A stretch of DNA of 43,137 nt. Source: Diploschistes diacapsis. Its lineage: Eukaryota. The notes below the pieces were generated by a model that worked only from the letters and a program-made list of their open reading frames with translations, searched no databases and had not been told where the DNA came from. The DNA lies in contig JALAIB010000038.1 in the NCBI GenBank assembly GCA_023645945.1, positions 1-43,137 on the forward strand. Direction: 5' to 3'. Positions 23,760-36,000 of the stretch are shown piece by piece; position 1 is the stretch's first letter; each line of letters opens with the position of its first letter. A program made the translations under genes and the position numbers.

Positions 23760-26609
23760 GCAGCACCAGTTTTCCATGCCAGTCACTGCCAGAATACACT
23801 CTAGGTACTTGCGACATAGGACTTGTCTAATAAGAGGTCTTGTTTCCCATCTCAACTTTAACGATTTATATACTCCTTCGCACAGCTCATGTAAGAACAC
23901 CAAGTGCCTAGGACTACTGAGTGGCTTGTTAGCATCTGATATCTACCATGAGGAACCTTTTTGGTCTCTTGGCCTACCCCGACGAACACGACGCTTCACG
24001 GGGTCGGAAAAGTAGTGTAGGGAGTGCGGCCCCTTGTGGTTGCAAGTCAGGGTTTTGCAAGTCGAAGAAGTGGAGTTCAGGAAGCTCGCCAGTTGCACGC
24101 GCATTAGGACGTACTTAACCTCCACGCAGAGCCGATGAACCGTGGAGCTTGCATCAAAACGGAACGCATCTAGGCTTGGTTCTCGTCCGGATGCTCGTTT
24201 CGAAACTGCCAGCGCATCCGCCTTTGGCCAGATTGTGCAACAATGGTCAGAATACAGGCGCTCTTCCCAGCCTTTTCACAGTGCTTCTATCCGGATCCTG
24301 TACTTTCCATGGTGGGCAGCGGTCGTGGACCATTAGCTACATCCAGCCCAATTCTAGGAGGGCGGCATCTTCCGAATTGTATAGATATGGAATTCTGCCT
24401 GGTCTGCTGTACCTCAAAATCAGTATGCGCCTGGACACCAGCTATGAAACGCGAGCCATCGGCATTTCGATCGATTTACTCAAGCACATACAGATTAGAC
24501 TCGAGTCTTCCGTGCCTGGATTGTCTACCAAAGCGCGCCAAGGGAGTAATCCCATCTTCCCACCTATTTAGAGGCCCTGATACTGGAGCCGCTCCTTGAT
24601 CTCACCTCTTCCGACCGTCAATTATATGTATAGGTCTTTGGTGTGTTGCAGAAAATTCTTTCCAGATGTTCAGATCAGCACAGTCGGGAGCCATTTGACC
24701 CGGGAGCCCGAGATGGATTAACAGAAGCCTAGGGTTACTCCAAACTCCTATTTCCAATAGGGCTGGAAAGACAAGAAGGGACGCCCAGATAAGCGGGCGG
24801 GGAGGGTCGTTCGGAAAGCTTCTCAACCTAGCTTTGATGGCAGGCTTGAAAACAGCGTAGGGGAACAACTTGCTGCGAAAGAAGCTGAGCGACAAAGTAT
24901 GGGCAGGAATCCATATACGAGATTGCCCCACTCGATTTCAGCAGGCTGTGGTGTGTCCATTCCGACTGGTTTCTTCACTTTGAGACTTCTCGCTGGCGTC
25001 TCAAGGAGGCTAGGGCATCAATTCCATCTTACACTAATTTAATTAAAAAGCCAAGGGATCATTTGCATTATTGTGCCCCTTCAAATCTGACCAATGGGGA
25101 CCGTATCAGGCTTGATCAACTTAACCTCATCGAACCGACACTGGATGGCTTGTTAGCAGGGAGCGTTCCTGTCCTTGTACTCGAATATACCTTCCGATAT
25201 CGACAAGTGCTTCGCTAGAACTAGGGCAGCCAAGCTCTCACACTATATTGTCAGGACTCTGGCTCCTACCGGGGCTGGGAAGAATACACGATTAGGCGCG
25301 GCCATAACACCAAACAAACGGCGGGAAAGACTTGCTGCCTTGCTCGTTTGTCTTAAGCTTGTACCCAACCCAGAGTTGGTGGGCAGCATTCGCTCACACT
25401 GGCAAGAAGGGATGAGCGAAAGCTAGGATGTTTGCTGTTTGCTGTTTGCCGAAGCTTATATCGTTGCAGACTCCGGAGTATATATTCTAGGCTCTGTCTT
25501 TCTCTCTCCTCTTCCTTTCACCTCCGCTCTGGATTATATTTTACTTTCTTTGGCCATGGACTTACAACTCTCATACTCTATATTATGTCCGTCAATATAC
25601 TATGGATTTGTGTGCTACCTGATCGTTTCCTGAACTTCCGGGAGGTCTGTGAAAAGTACCCAACTTGGTGGACTACCAGCGGCGACTCATTCTATAAAAC
25701 ATGACCCTGGATATACATAAGTACGACTAATCAGCGAAATCCTAGTAGTTCTTTAGGACTGTGTCAGGAGTTACTGTTGTATGCTTCTGGGGAAACAATA
25801 ACACCGGTATCCCAACGTTTCTCCTCCTACCAACTTTAACAGAAGGAAGAGAAGCTGGTACCCCACGGTACTAGACATCATCGGCGCCCTGAGAGTATAT
25901 ATACATACGGTAGTGATGCCTGTGGGTGCTTGGTATAGCCCAACGTTCGCTAGAGTTTATACGGAAATGCGCAGCCCTTCTCCCGCTCTTGTTCTACCAG
26001 GTGATGAATAGGAGCGGAGTACTCTACTGGTTCCGTGTTCTCACCATTCGAGAAGAAGAGCCGAGCGTATTATGAAGCCATGCGGTCAGACGCCGGGGGC
26101 AAGAGTAGGAGCGATTGTTGGAAGAATGCCAAGAGCGAGAGCATCGGGTACCGTTGAGCAGCCTTAATTGATATGCAGTTGCTATAGTTTGGTAGCCAAT
26201 CCAAGAAACCGGTAGAGCGGACGCATAACGTTTCGAGGTATATCAAACTTTACTGCATCCGCAAGCCTTCATACGCGCAGAAATTCCGAGGCCCGCATCT
26301 CTCCTTAATCCATAGGCTGCTCAATGTGGAGCTCCACCTGTTTGATCACTCGACCGACTCAGGGACGTCGAGTACTTTTGTTCTCGAGCTTCGGCTCTAT
26401 TATTCATTTTTCCAAGAATATCCAAAGTCAACATCCCCAGTATGAACAGAAATGCTTACCATATCGAAGATACCGATATAGGCGAACATTCAACATGCCT
26501 CAAACATTGGAGAAAAGACTATGTCTACCGAGGAACCCCTTTCGCTGAAAAAATGTTGAGATAATGGACCCCGAGGTGGTGACATAGATCCTGGCCTATT
26601 GCTCTATGA

Positions 26610-27548
26610 CCGTGTCGAATTGCAGCTCTTTATCTTGGGTTTGAGGGCAAAAGTCAAGGCTACAACAACGAGAGGAGTTCTTCTGTCACCTGGGATTTGG
26701 CTCCTGGACTTTGCACTATCCACACAGGCGTAGGGAGTCGGCCTCGTGGAGAAAGCTCGACCCTTGGACTTTCGTCAACCTTTGAGCAGGCCTCTCCTGA
26801 CTCCTGGGATGAACGCTCCAGGCTCCTGTGGCTTCCTACAAACGGTCCCCTGACTACCTGCATGGGGTCCTCTCGAGATGCAGGTTGCTCTCTGGCAGGA
26901 CTGGTACACACTACCAGATTATATCAGGAACGTCGGGACTCTCTTGGTCGCTTTGTCGGACCCTACGAGCACATGGATTCCCATCGAATCCTAACTACCT
27001 CTACTAACATGAGAGGGGATTTTGTACCAGCACCGAAATTATCTATACCGCACTTAGGAGATCTGACGATATCCGAAAACATTCCTTTCCGTTTTCCCTT
27101 TCTATACGCTGTATATCTACCCGATGCTGCCGTCAGCCATTCTGTTCTGGAACTTTCGCTACAGCGATCCTTACTAGCTTTCCTCGCTTCCAACGAAATC
27201 GGAAGAACAGGAGTGCTCGTTTGGTCCGGGGCTCATGAACTCATGGGTACTTCTGCAGGCCCTTCGACTCTCTGGAAAACACTGGTATATATCCAGTGAA
27301 CCATTGATAGAGTGTCTAACGACTGGAAAGCCCGTTGCCAGTCTTTGGAAACGGGCAGAACCAGTCAGGAGGTGAGTCTGTTCTGGTCTTTTCAAAGTGC
27401 CCATGTACCCGTCCGCAGATCCTTTGACTTTTTGGAAGCATTGGTGCACACGTCGCGGACAAACTTGGGAGAGCTTGCGCCAATCCCGCAGAACTTCTGC
27501 ATCCAGGAACCTTTGCCAGCCTCCGACCCTGATCAGGGAAGATGCTAG
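26610..27548 (+). pseudogene. Possible gene remnant or orphan ORF: ~310-codon frame broken by a single TGA
   Basis: ORFs 26697-27299 and 27312-27548 share a frame and are separated by one TGA (27297-27299). The frame is open upstream to about 26610 without an ATG. No motif recognised. Confidence 0.3.
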
Positions 27549-29381
27549 GATCCGAGCCCAGGTGTAGAGAGACACTGGAGACGTTTTCAATTACATTATG
27601 ACGGCCCGCTTGAGCTTGGTACACCTTGCTCAAGACTATTCGGTTTTTGATTCAACAGGCTACATTTACTCCCCCGCACATACATCGCAGTTCAAGGTAA
27701 GAAGCGGGACCCAAATCGGAACATCATCGGGGCCGGCTGGAAGACATCGAAATAGCCTGAGGGAAGGGGTAAGTTATTTTGATGGGTGCGGATAAACCTT
27801 GCTAACCAACGTATGATGGCTCTTTCGAAGGGACGGCTTTTGCGTCGGTGGTAGACAACCGCAGGCAACGACGAAGTCGTCAATTCTCTGACCGATTGGG
27901 AGGAATATCTGGGTTGCACGCGGCCCACATGATCCCCTTTCTCCGTGGAACAGTCATGTATGCTATCCTACAAGAACTATAGTGCAATTGACAAGTACTG
28001 CTTTTTTTTTTATGTGTAGGCTGACACTCTACGCTAGATTGAAATGTTTCCTGGAAACAACTGTCTTGGTTGCATCTCTCCAGGGCGAGAACATCGGACA
28101 GGACGAGCACTGCATTTATGCTGGATCCTAGGCTCCCAACATCATTTCGATGCCATTCGATTTCTCTATACGGGCAATCGATACGGAGAGATTCTTCGGT
28201 AACATATATGTTGTCGAAACCTCCAAAGCTATCACCCTCCCATACTCTCCCAAAAAGTCTGTTGATCGAGAACGCCAAACTCCTATTTGGAAGGAGAACC
28301 AACGAAGAAACTGCCGGACCCATTGCTGTGCAAATTTTGCAATACACACTTGTAAAAAGGCAAACTCGGTGCCTCCGGGAGCAGCAGCAGCAGCAGAGGC
28401 CATCAATCGAATTCTTTTTCGATGAGGGCGATATGTTGCACAGAGCGGTTTGCATTCGTCCACCGTGCCCTGGCCCATCTCAATCCACAACGAGAGTTTA
28501 TTCTGCTCGAGTCGCCCCAACTCGGAGCGCCTGGCTATGGCGGAGAAACAAGGAAAAACAGCAAGGAGCTCAAGGGTAAACAAAGTCCTACCAAAGCAGA
28601 CTACAAACTCGGAGAAAAACATTACGGCGGCAGCCTTGGTGGTTCCATGGCTCGGACCGATAGGCTTGAATCAGCCCGGTCGTGATGCAGCTACCTACCT
28701 ATTCAGCCGCTCCTATCATGCATGGACTTGTCGTCGGCGTCGGAGAAGCCTGGGTTGATAATTCGGCAGGGGGCATGGACCATAAGAATTGTTGTGCAAG
28801 ACCGTTCTTCGAAAGCCGACTCCAGTCTCGAGCAGCTCCCGCTCCTACTCCCCAACTCCATTGCGTTGTTGTAATCCACAGGCGCAGTTGGCCGAGCAAC
28901 TGCAGGAAGCTTGTCGGTCGACTGTGCACTAAACAACGATCTGGTGCCCTGATCCGGGTTCCTGGCCGACTCTGCACCAGAGAATAAAAAAGAATCCAAC
29001 GGCGCTCGTCACTCCTACCGCTTTGTACCGAGACGTAGGGGAGCTGATAACTTCAACGTCCCCCAACTCCAGTGTTCTGGCGGTGTGGGCTTGTGAAAAA
29101 GTTAGGGCCCCCCATACAAGTCACGAAGAAATGTCAAATAGATCATCGTGGTCTTTTTGGGTTATTATATTCGAGCCATCCATTAATGGAAGATGATGTC
29201 GGCCAGAGAACGCTCAATCAGCCTGTTGATATAAATATCCAGTAGTAGAATACCCATCCCCGAGCCCAAGCAACCAAATAAGCAAACCCGTCCATGTACG
29301 CCGGGCCAGAGCCATTCTTCGAATTGACTTCTCGTTCACTGCGTGTTTTTGCGCGGCCCTTTCGTTGCCCGGTGGCCCCCA

Positions 29382-30218
29382 TCATGTCTGCTCATAGTAG
29401 CTGGCTTCCCCCCCATCCTCGGGCTCCGTTACCCAACCATCGTCTTTGACCAACGCGCTGTAAAGTAGGGGCTGCTTTCTCATGCGCAACGTCACGCGCG
29501 TTCTGGGCCAGCAGAGAATAGGGATTGCCCGATGATATAGCATCCTGGTGCAAAGCGAGGCGCTTATCAGATTCAGTAAGTGAAAATGAGCTTCGCGTAC
29601 GTACGCCGGATTGTAGTTCAGACCAGCGGTGTTAACCGTGCCTTGTGGTGTACACAAGGTGAACACTAATAATAAATGTAAACCAAGTTGGCGAGCTTAC
29701 TGCGACAGCATCTTTTTGTTGTAGTAGTGGCAATTACCGCACCTTCCGTTCCTGAGCTTTGGATAAGCCCTGCTATCGGCGAGAACACGTTCAAGGGGGC
29801 GCGAATTTGCATCCGTCACACGATTCTGGGAGAGTGGCGCTGTCAGGGGGGACCCGTGAAGTTGAATGAATACGGTATAGAAAGTCGACCCTGTGCCCCA
29901 ACTCTACAACAATTGAGGCGAAATAGCATGACGTGAAAAAGCTGGGACGGTAAATCCCAAACCTTACCTATCGCTCACATGCTTAGATTTTCTCGATAAA
30001 GGCCGCTCTGTAGGGATCCAAGTGCATCCGCTTCACACACCTGTTTCCACAACATAGAGCTCACCCTGCTGCAGCAGCTCAGGCTTCTTTCGTGACTGTT
30101 GGGCATCACTTCGCCATTGGAGGTAAGGCTGTCGGGGGCTGGTGCCGCCGTTGGCCCATAATATGATAGTCCGATATGGTTTGTAGGCAGGGTCGGTAGT
30201 ATCGTAGCCGCTAGCCAT
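29382..30218 (-). pseudogene. Frameshifted relic of a DUF3716-like Cys-cluster protein gene
   Basis: ATG at 30218 (MASGYDTTDPAYKPY), with donor-like GTGAGC, GTAAGG and GTAAGC sites. IQLHG...CDGC (29820-29809) and GRCGNCHYY (29747-29721) fall in different frames with stops between them. The order resembles the Q-x-x-G..CxxC..GxCxNCxY pattern of fungal DUF3716, recalled from memory and not searched. Confidence 0.4.
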
Positions 30219-31466
30219 ATTGAGCTTTTCTGTATAGCGGAAACTGTAGCTTGATTGGGAAGGCGAGCTGAAGAGATTCTCGGAAAGAGGGTGCAATGAA
30301 GGAATGAAGGAATGCACTTGAGTTAGAGGTTCAAAGGGTTCAGTTCGGAAAAAGCCAAAAAAAATATGGTTGGGGACTTAAAATACTTCCCCTATCCCGC
30401 CAGGCACCACAAGCACAGCCAGTCCACCACCGCCAGATGTGACATATAGGCACTATCCCGCCTTCGCTCCGCCTTAAGCATCTTATGTAAAGGAGAAAAT
30501 TGGGCAAGTAGCATGGGGCCGTGGCTCTGGTTCCTTGGCCGCGACAAATATAGGATTTAACTCCCCGAAAGATCTTTTTGAGTTTTTTTAACTTTACCTT
30601 TTTCAAATTAAAAGCCTCATTCAATATACACTTTTCCCCCCGGCTCTGTTGCATCCATGACTTCCACCACGACGGGGCCGGCTGATGGCGAGATGGCCGC
30701 CTTTCTCGCTCCAACCGTAAAGTTCGATGCCATCAACGCTCCAAGGGCCGGTGATTCGGCCACTAGTAGATGCAGTTCTCCCTGGCTGGCAGTTATAGGC
30801 CAGTCCGGCGGCCACGACGGGAGTTTGGGAATTGACACCAGGGGGCTCGGGAGGGTTGATGGCGAAGATTGATGTAAGTAGCGTGAAGCCCAGCCATTGG
30901 GAGGCGCGGCATTCCAACATCTTTAAGTCTGGCGCGATTGGAGTCAAGAATGTCAAAAAGTCAAGAGTATGGAATATACAGCTGGCTCGGTTATGGCGAC
31001 CCCAAATACCTTATCGAGGAGTTAGAAGAAGAGTCGTAAGGGGCTCGTCAAGAACGAAGAAGTCAGGAAAACCTATCGAACCTACAGGGGCATGACTTAA
31101 GTATCGGATTCAGCATGCACGAAGTTTAACTTCTAACATCTCAGCCCCAGCTAGTTTAGACCCGGGTCGTCTACCACCTTTGCGGTTTTCGTAAAGTGGC
31201 CATTAATAACTGATTCATATTACTGAATCAGACATTGGTATAGATCTTCTTAAAGCTGGCGTCAGACTTGACGATCGAGTCATTGGCATTCATTTAAAAA
31301 GTAGTCCCGATGGGCCTAAGCAGCTTAACGAATATTGGTTACGAGAATTCGACACGAGGGGAATGGTTCATGCTGGGAGAATGCCACTCGGCGAGCCAGT
31401 CAAAATTAAAATAAGGAAAGGGGGCGTTGATGTATGTTATAAAGGTGGCGGCGGGGGCGAGTAGGG

Positions 31467-31624
31467 ATTATTATTATTATTATTATTCTTAATACAGCGC
31501 TACTTTCCGGCCAAGAAGGGCTGAATGCTGGGTTATATATATGAAGCTTTTATCACGGCGCCCCTCCGGTTTTTTGCCGCTCGGGATACCCACCGGCTAC
31601 TCATAAGCCTAAGAATCAGGAAGT
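31467..31624 (-). mobile_element. Putative 5'-truncated non-LTR retroelement (LINE/SINE) 3' end with (AAT)7 tail
   Basis: The minus strand ends ...GAAAGTAGCGCTGTATTAAG(AAT)7, with (ATT)7 at 31467-31487. Short-repeat tails are typical of fungal Tad-type LINEs. A weak possible target-site duplication AGTAGG lies at ~31460 and ~31625. No RT ORF is present. Confidence 0.4.
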
Positions 31625-33016
31625 AGTAGGCACGGAAACAGTAGGTTTGAAAGCAGTAGATGCTGCAAAAACGTAATAGTTCAGTTCAGTTCAGCCAATC
31701 AATAAATAACCTTGACCGTGTGACTTTCGAGTTGATTTTTAATCTACGGTTTTTTCCACGCCCATAGACGCACCAATCCGCAACTGTAGTCCTGCGCTTC
31801 GCTTAGGAATGGAAAATCTGTAGAATAACTTCAAGTATCTTGGGTTCCTGTTATAACTGGTCTGAAGCATCTCTCGAGCTTTTGTGTGGTCAGAAAGTGA
31901 TGAAAGAGGTAAGAAGAGTATAACAGGACTTTCCCATCAACCCTACCAACTTAAATAGTGATACGAACACGATAAACACCAAAACAGCAGCGTAGGCAAG
32001 AGTTTTATGGAGCGCTTCGGTGCTTGCTGGGTCCCGCCCGCGCGCTACGAAAAATGAAAGACCAAAAAAATTTTGTATAGCGGCTATTATCTTCACCCCA
32101 GGGGTGGAAAAGCGCAGAGGGGGAATAAGCTCGACCAACGAATCGAATCGAGGTATTTAGACGGGGTCAGAGAGATTGGAAAGGCTCTGGATACCCCCAG
32201 GGGCCTTTAAAAGCCATGAATAAGGCTGTCGACGTGAGTTATTTATGTATACGTATTACGGGTGTAGGTGAAGAACAGGCGAACAAGACAAGGCCATGCA
32301 ACCAGAGCAAATCATATAGTCCTCTTCATCTACCTATCTCTAATCTCGGCTTCTGTATCTGCTTTGAGATCCATCCCCTCTCTTCTTCACGCTCCTGATC
32401 CTCCTGGTCCTACCAGTCCGAGCATATGACAACTCAATCTCTTTCGGCCTGCGCCTACGCCTCTTGCTCCTCCTTCTACGCTCTCCAGAAAGTGGGAAGA
32501 AGCAACCAGCGCTAAACCATAAGATGCGGTGTGCCTAGCTTCAGCCGAGTAACATCAGTGCATAGAGCGGGAGGCTGCCCAAATCCGCTCAAATCCGCTC
32601 AAAGACGCCGTTACCCAACCAGAGCCAGCCCACGCTGCATACCCACGAACTGTGAGTCCCTTGGAACGCCTTTCCCCTTTCCATCCCCTTGCCATAGAAG
32701 TCTCAACAGATACGTTGCTGTGTCCTGGCTCTTGCCATATCCGGCGCCGAAGTCTGTTGGTTCGTTTGATCGTAGCATCGCTGCTGTGCGGTATCTGCAA
32801 ATTCGCAAAAGACGTCATTCGTTAATTCAAGATCCTACCGCGCAGTTAGCTCGGCTGGTTTCAATCACTTAAGTGGAAGACTGACTGTGCCCAATATCAA
32901 AAATGATGTTGATGATTATCTAACCCAAGAAAATTCCCTGTGAACGGACCGTGAGAACAGTATGAGATGCAGAAAGCTTTTTATAAAAGACATGGACGAA
33001 ATGAAGGCCACGGTAG

Positions 33017-36000
33017 TCAGCGTGGCGAGGCTCCGGTATGATGCAAATGCGCAGCTGCTGCGGCAGGGGACCTAGAAGCTGGTGATTGGGAAGACGGCGG
33101 CCTGGAAGCCTTGGGTGCTTGCGATGCGGCAGCCACACGATCAGAGAGTGCTTTGACTTTCTTGCGAAGCGCCAAGAGGCGAGAGCGGAAGCTCTGGATG
33201 ACTGTATACAGGTCAGCAGATTCATCAGGTGTAGTAAAATTTCCATCTCTTACCCTTGATAACAGCTTCTCTGTCCTCAGCATTAACCAAATCATCCGAG
33301 CCAGCTTTCGAGTCACCCTGCTCCCTTTCCGACGTAAGAAGTCTCTTTGACCCCAATTCCTCGTCACCCTCCAGCACGGCTTCGAGCAGCCGAATGGCGG
33401 TCACATACGACACGTCGCACCCGGGTAGGTCTTCACCCACTAGTTCATTGACTGCTGCACCCCTGCCCATTTCCAGCGCACGGGCGTACATCAGCTTCTC
33501 GGCACTCACGCCGGGCGAGATCCTAACGCTGTCCGAAGACTCGCTGACGGCGGAGCTCGAGATGGTAGACTGGTTCTCCGGATGCATGGGGTGATCGGTT
33601 GGCAGTCTCTTTTGCGCTGCGACCAGCTTCATTCGTACAAATTCAGTCTTCTCCCAGGTCTCGTTGAATCGGTCGCGAATCCATTGCACCACTTTGTTAA
33701 CTCGCTGGCCTGCGGCCGAGTTTGCCAAAAGCGCTTGATTACGTTGGCTCTGCGCGCCATCCTCAATGGCCTCCCCCGTAGTCTTCTTGCGCCACCATGC
33801 GCCTGCAATATCCATCGCACGAGCAAGCAATGACATAGACTTGACGTGAAGAACCAGTGCCTCTTCCGAGAGTGTGACGATTGCGTCCACCGTAAGCCCT
33901 CCATCATCCTTGGGACCATCTTCTCTCTCCGGTATGCCTGCCTCCTGGAGGCCAAGACCGTGATCGTCCGATGGAGCGAGTGGAATCAATTGCTTGTACT
34001 TGACTTCCGCGAAGCCGTACACAACGTCGCTTCGATGCGCAAACTCTTCAATTACTTGCAAGGTCTTGGTATCTTCGTCAACAGCTGCGGTACTTTTTGA
34101 ACCATCTTCTAGCAGCAGCGGCATGCTGGCGGGAGTGGGATACGCCGGAAAGGGAGCATACAGGGGCGGAGAAGGACCGCTTCGACCAACACCAAGAGGT
34201 GGCGAAAGACCCAAGTTAAGCAGCCTTCCGCTGGCCATGTTAATCGCCTTTGAGATAGCAGATGTACCGATACGTGTACGCTTCTCGAAGGATAGCTGCC
34301 GTAGATGGTCCGGCCTTTTTTTACCTGACACAAGTTGCAGCGCCCTGTTTGACGAGACCTGGGTGCCCTGCGACCCTCCGGAAAGGTTGTTCTGGTTTGT
34401 GTTGCGTCTTTGCAGCGCAGTTTGCGGGTTTTCATTCTTCTTCGCTCCGTTGATCCTTGGGCTAGCGGCTAGTTCATCCGCGAAGGCATTTACTTCCACG
34501 GCACGCTTCTCAACAACGACATAGTCCCTTTCAAACGCGACATCGTTTGCTGCTTGTTCTTCCAGCTCCCGAGCCTCCTTCGCCTCTCTCGCGGCTTTCG
34601 AGGTCGTACTTCCTGCCTTTGCAACCTTTGACGGGCCTGATGTTGATTCTGTTCTTCTAGGATGTGTAGGTGCCGCCGAAGAAATCTCGCGCGGCGAGGT
34701 GCGTGTGGAAACGAGTGGAGGAGGGGCACGTCTTGATTGCGTTTGAAGCGGGCCAACAGGTGCTGTCGCGTTATGGACTATGCCGGGTCTCTGAGCCAGA
34801 GGTTTTCCGGGATAGTCGACAGCATCCACAAACTTATCGCTGGCGCCAGACTCTTCCAACGAGCGGTTTGCTGGCTCCCGCTTCTGTATTGGCATGTCGG
34901 TTTGGCGAGAGTCTGCACCCGGACGCTTTGAGCTCTCTCGCCTCGAAGGCTTCGGTTTTGGACGATCTCCTTCAGCGACTCCGGGAATTTCTCCCTTGAT
35001 CAGCGGACTGTCGAAGAAGTCGTTGAATCCCATTCTCTCGACAGAATTTCGCTTGAGCAGAGCTCGAATGAATCCTTTCATGTCGCCGCTTACGGTAGGT
35101 TCCTCGGGGAATCGGATGACATCTCGGGATTGCTCAACCTTCCTTAGCAGATCGATATGGTTGGCCGCTCTAAAGGGCGGCCGTCCAGTCAACAGCTCGT
35201 ATAGAACGGTTCCGACCGACCATAGATCTGCGGTCGCATCGTACTTTTCGTAACGGAGAATTTCGGGGGCCATATATAGCGGTGAACCGCACAGCGTCTC
35301 GGCTAGAGCTGTCTTTGGCAAGACGCGAGCAAATCCGAAGTCCGCAAGTTTGAGCATCGGCAGACTAGCAAGCCCAGCGATCGGTGTGATGGCAGCCTTG
35401 TCGCTCAAGCCATACCTCGCGTTCTCGGGGTCTCGATTCAACAGGTACTGAGCCGTTGGGTTGATTAATAGATTCTGCGGCTTGATGTCCCTATGCACCA
35501 AACTCTTTTCCCTCAGGAATTGAAGAGCACTTGCTAGCTGCTGGAGGAAATGTCTAACGATAACCTCATTCAAACCTCCAGCCTTAGGATTGGGATACCT
35601 CTTGAAGATGTCGACCAAGTCACTCTGCCGAGCTGCAGACTCTCTTTTCCTCAAGAAGACTGACAAGTCTCCCCACGGACAAAACTCCATGACAAGGTGT
35701 ATATGATTTGTTCCTTCCATACAGTCGTACAGGGCAACGATATGGGGGTGATGGAGGCCCTTCAGGATGTTGATCTCGTCATATAGGGCAGATTTGAGCT
35801 TGCCTGTCAACTTTTGCAACACAACGGACTTGATGGCTACGTAGCCTCCTTTTTTTTGCTAGAAGGTCAGTTAGCGATTGATTTCGGAACGTTGGAACGA
35901 AGGCACAAAGCCTCCACCCGTAGAGGACTCGAGCGATGCGAACTGTAGAGCTTGTGCCACTTACATGTCTGGCTTTGTAGACGTTGGCGAAGCTGCCTTG

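Noticed and set aside
25432..25704. Hydrophobic short ORFs suggesting a membrane protein
   Set aside because: They are T-rich with non-ATG starts and competing frames. No family was recognised, so they cannot be supported as a gene.
30617..31095. GC-rich overlapping ORFs on both strands
   Set aside because: I could not determine strand or frame, and no motif was found.
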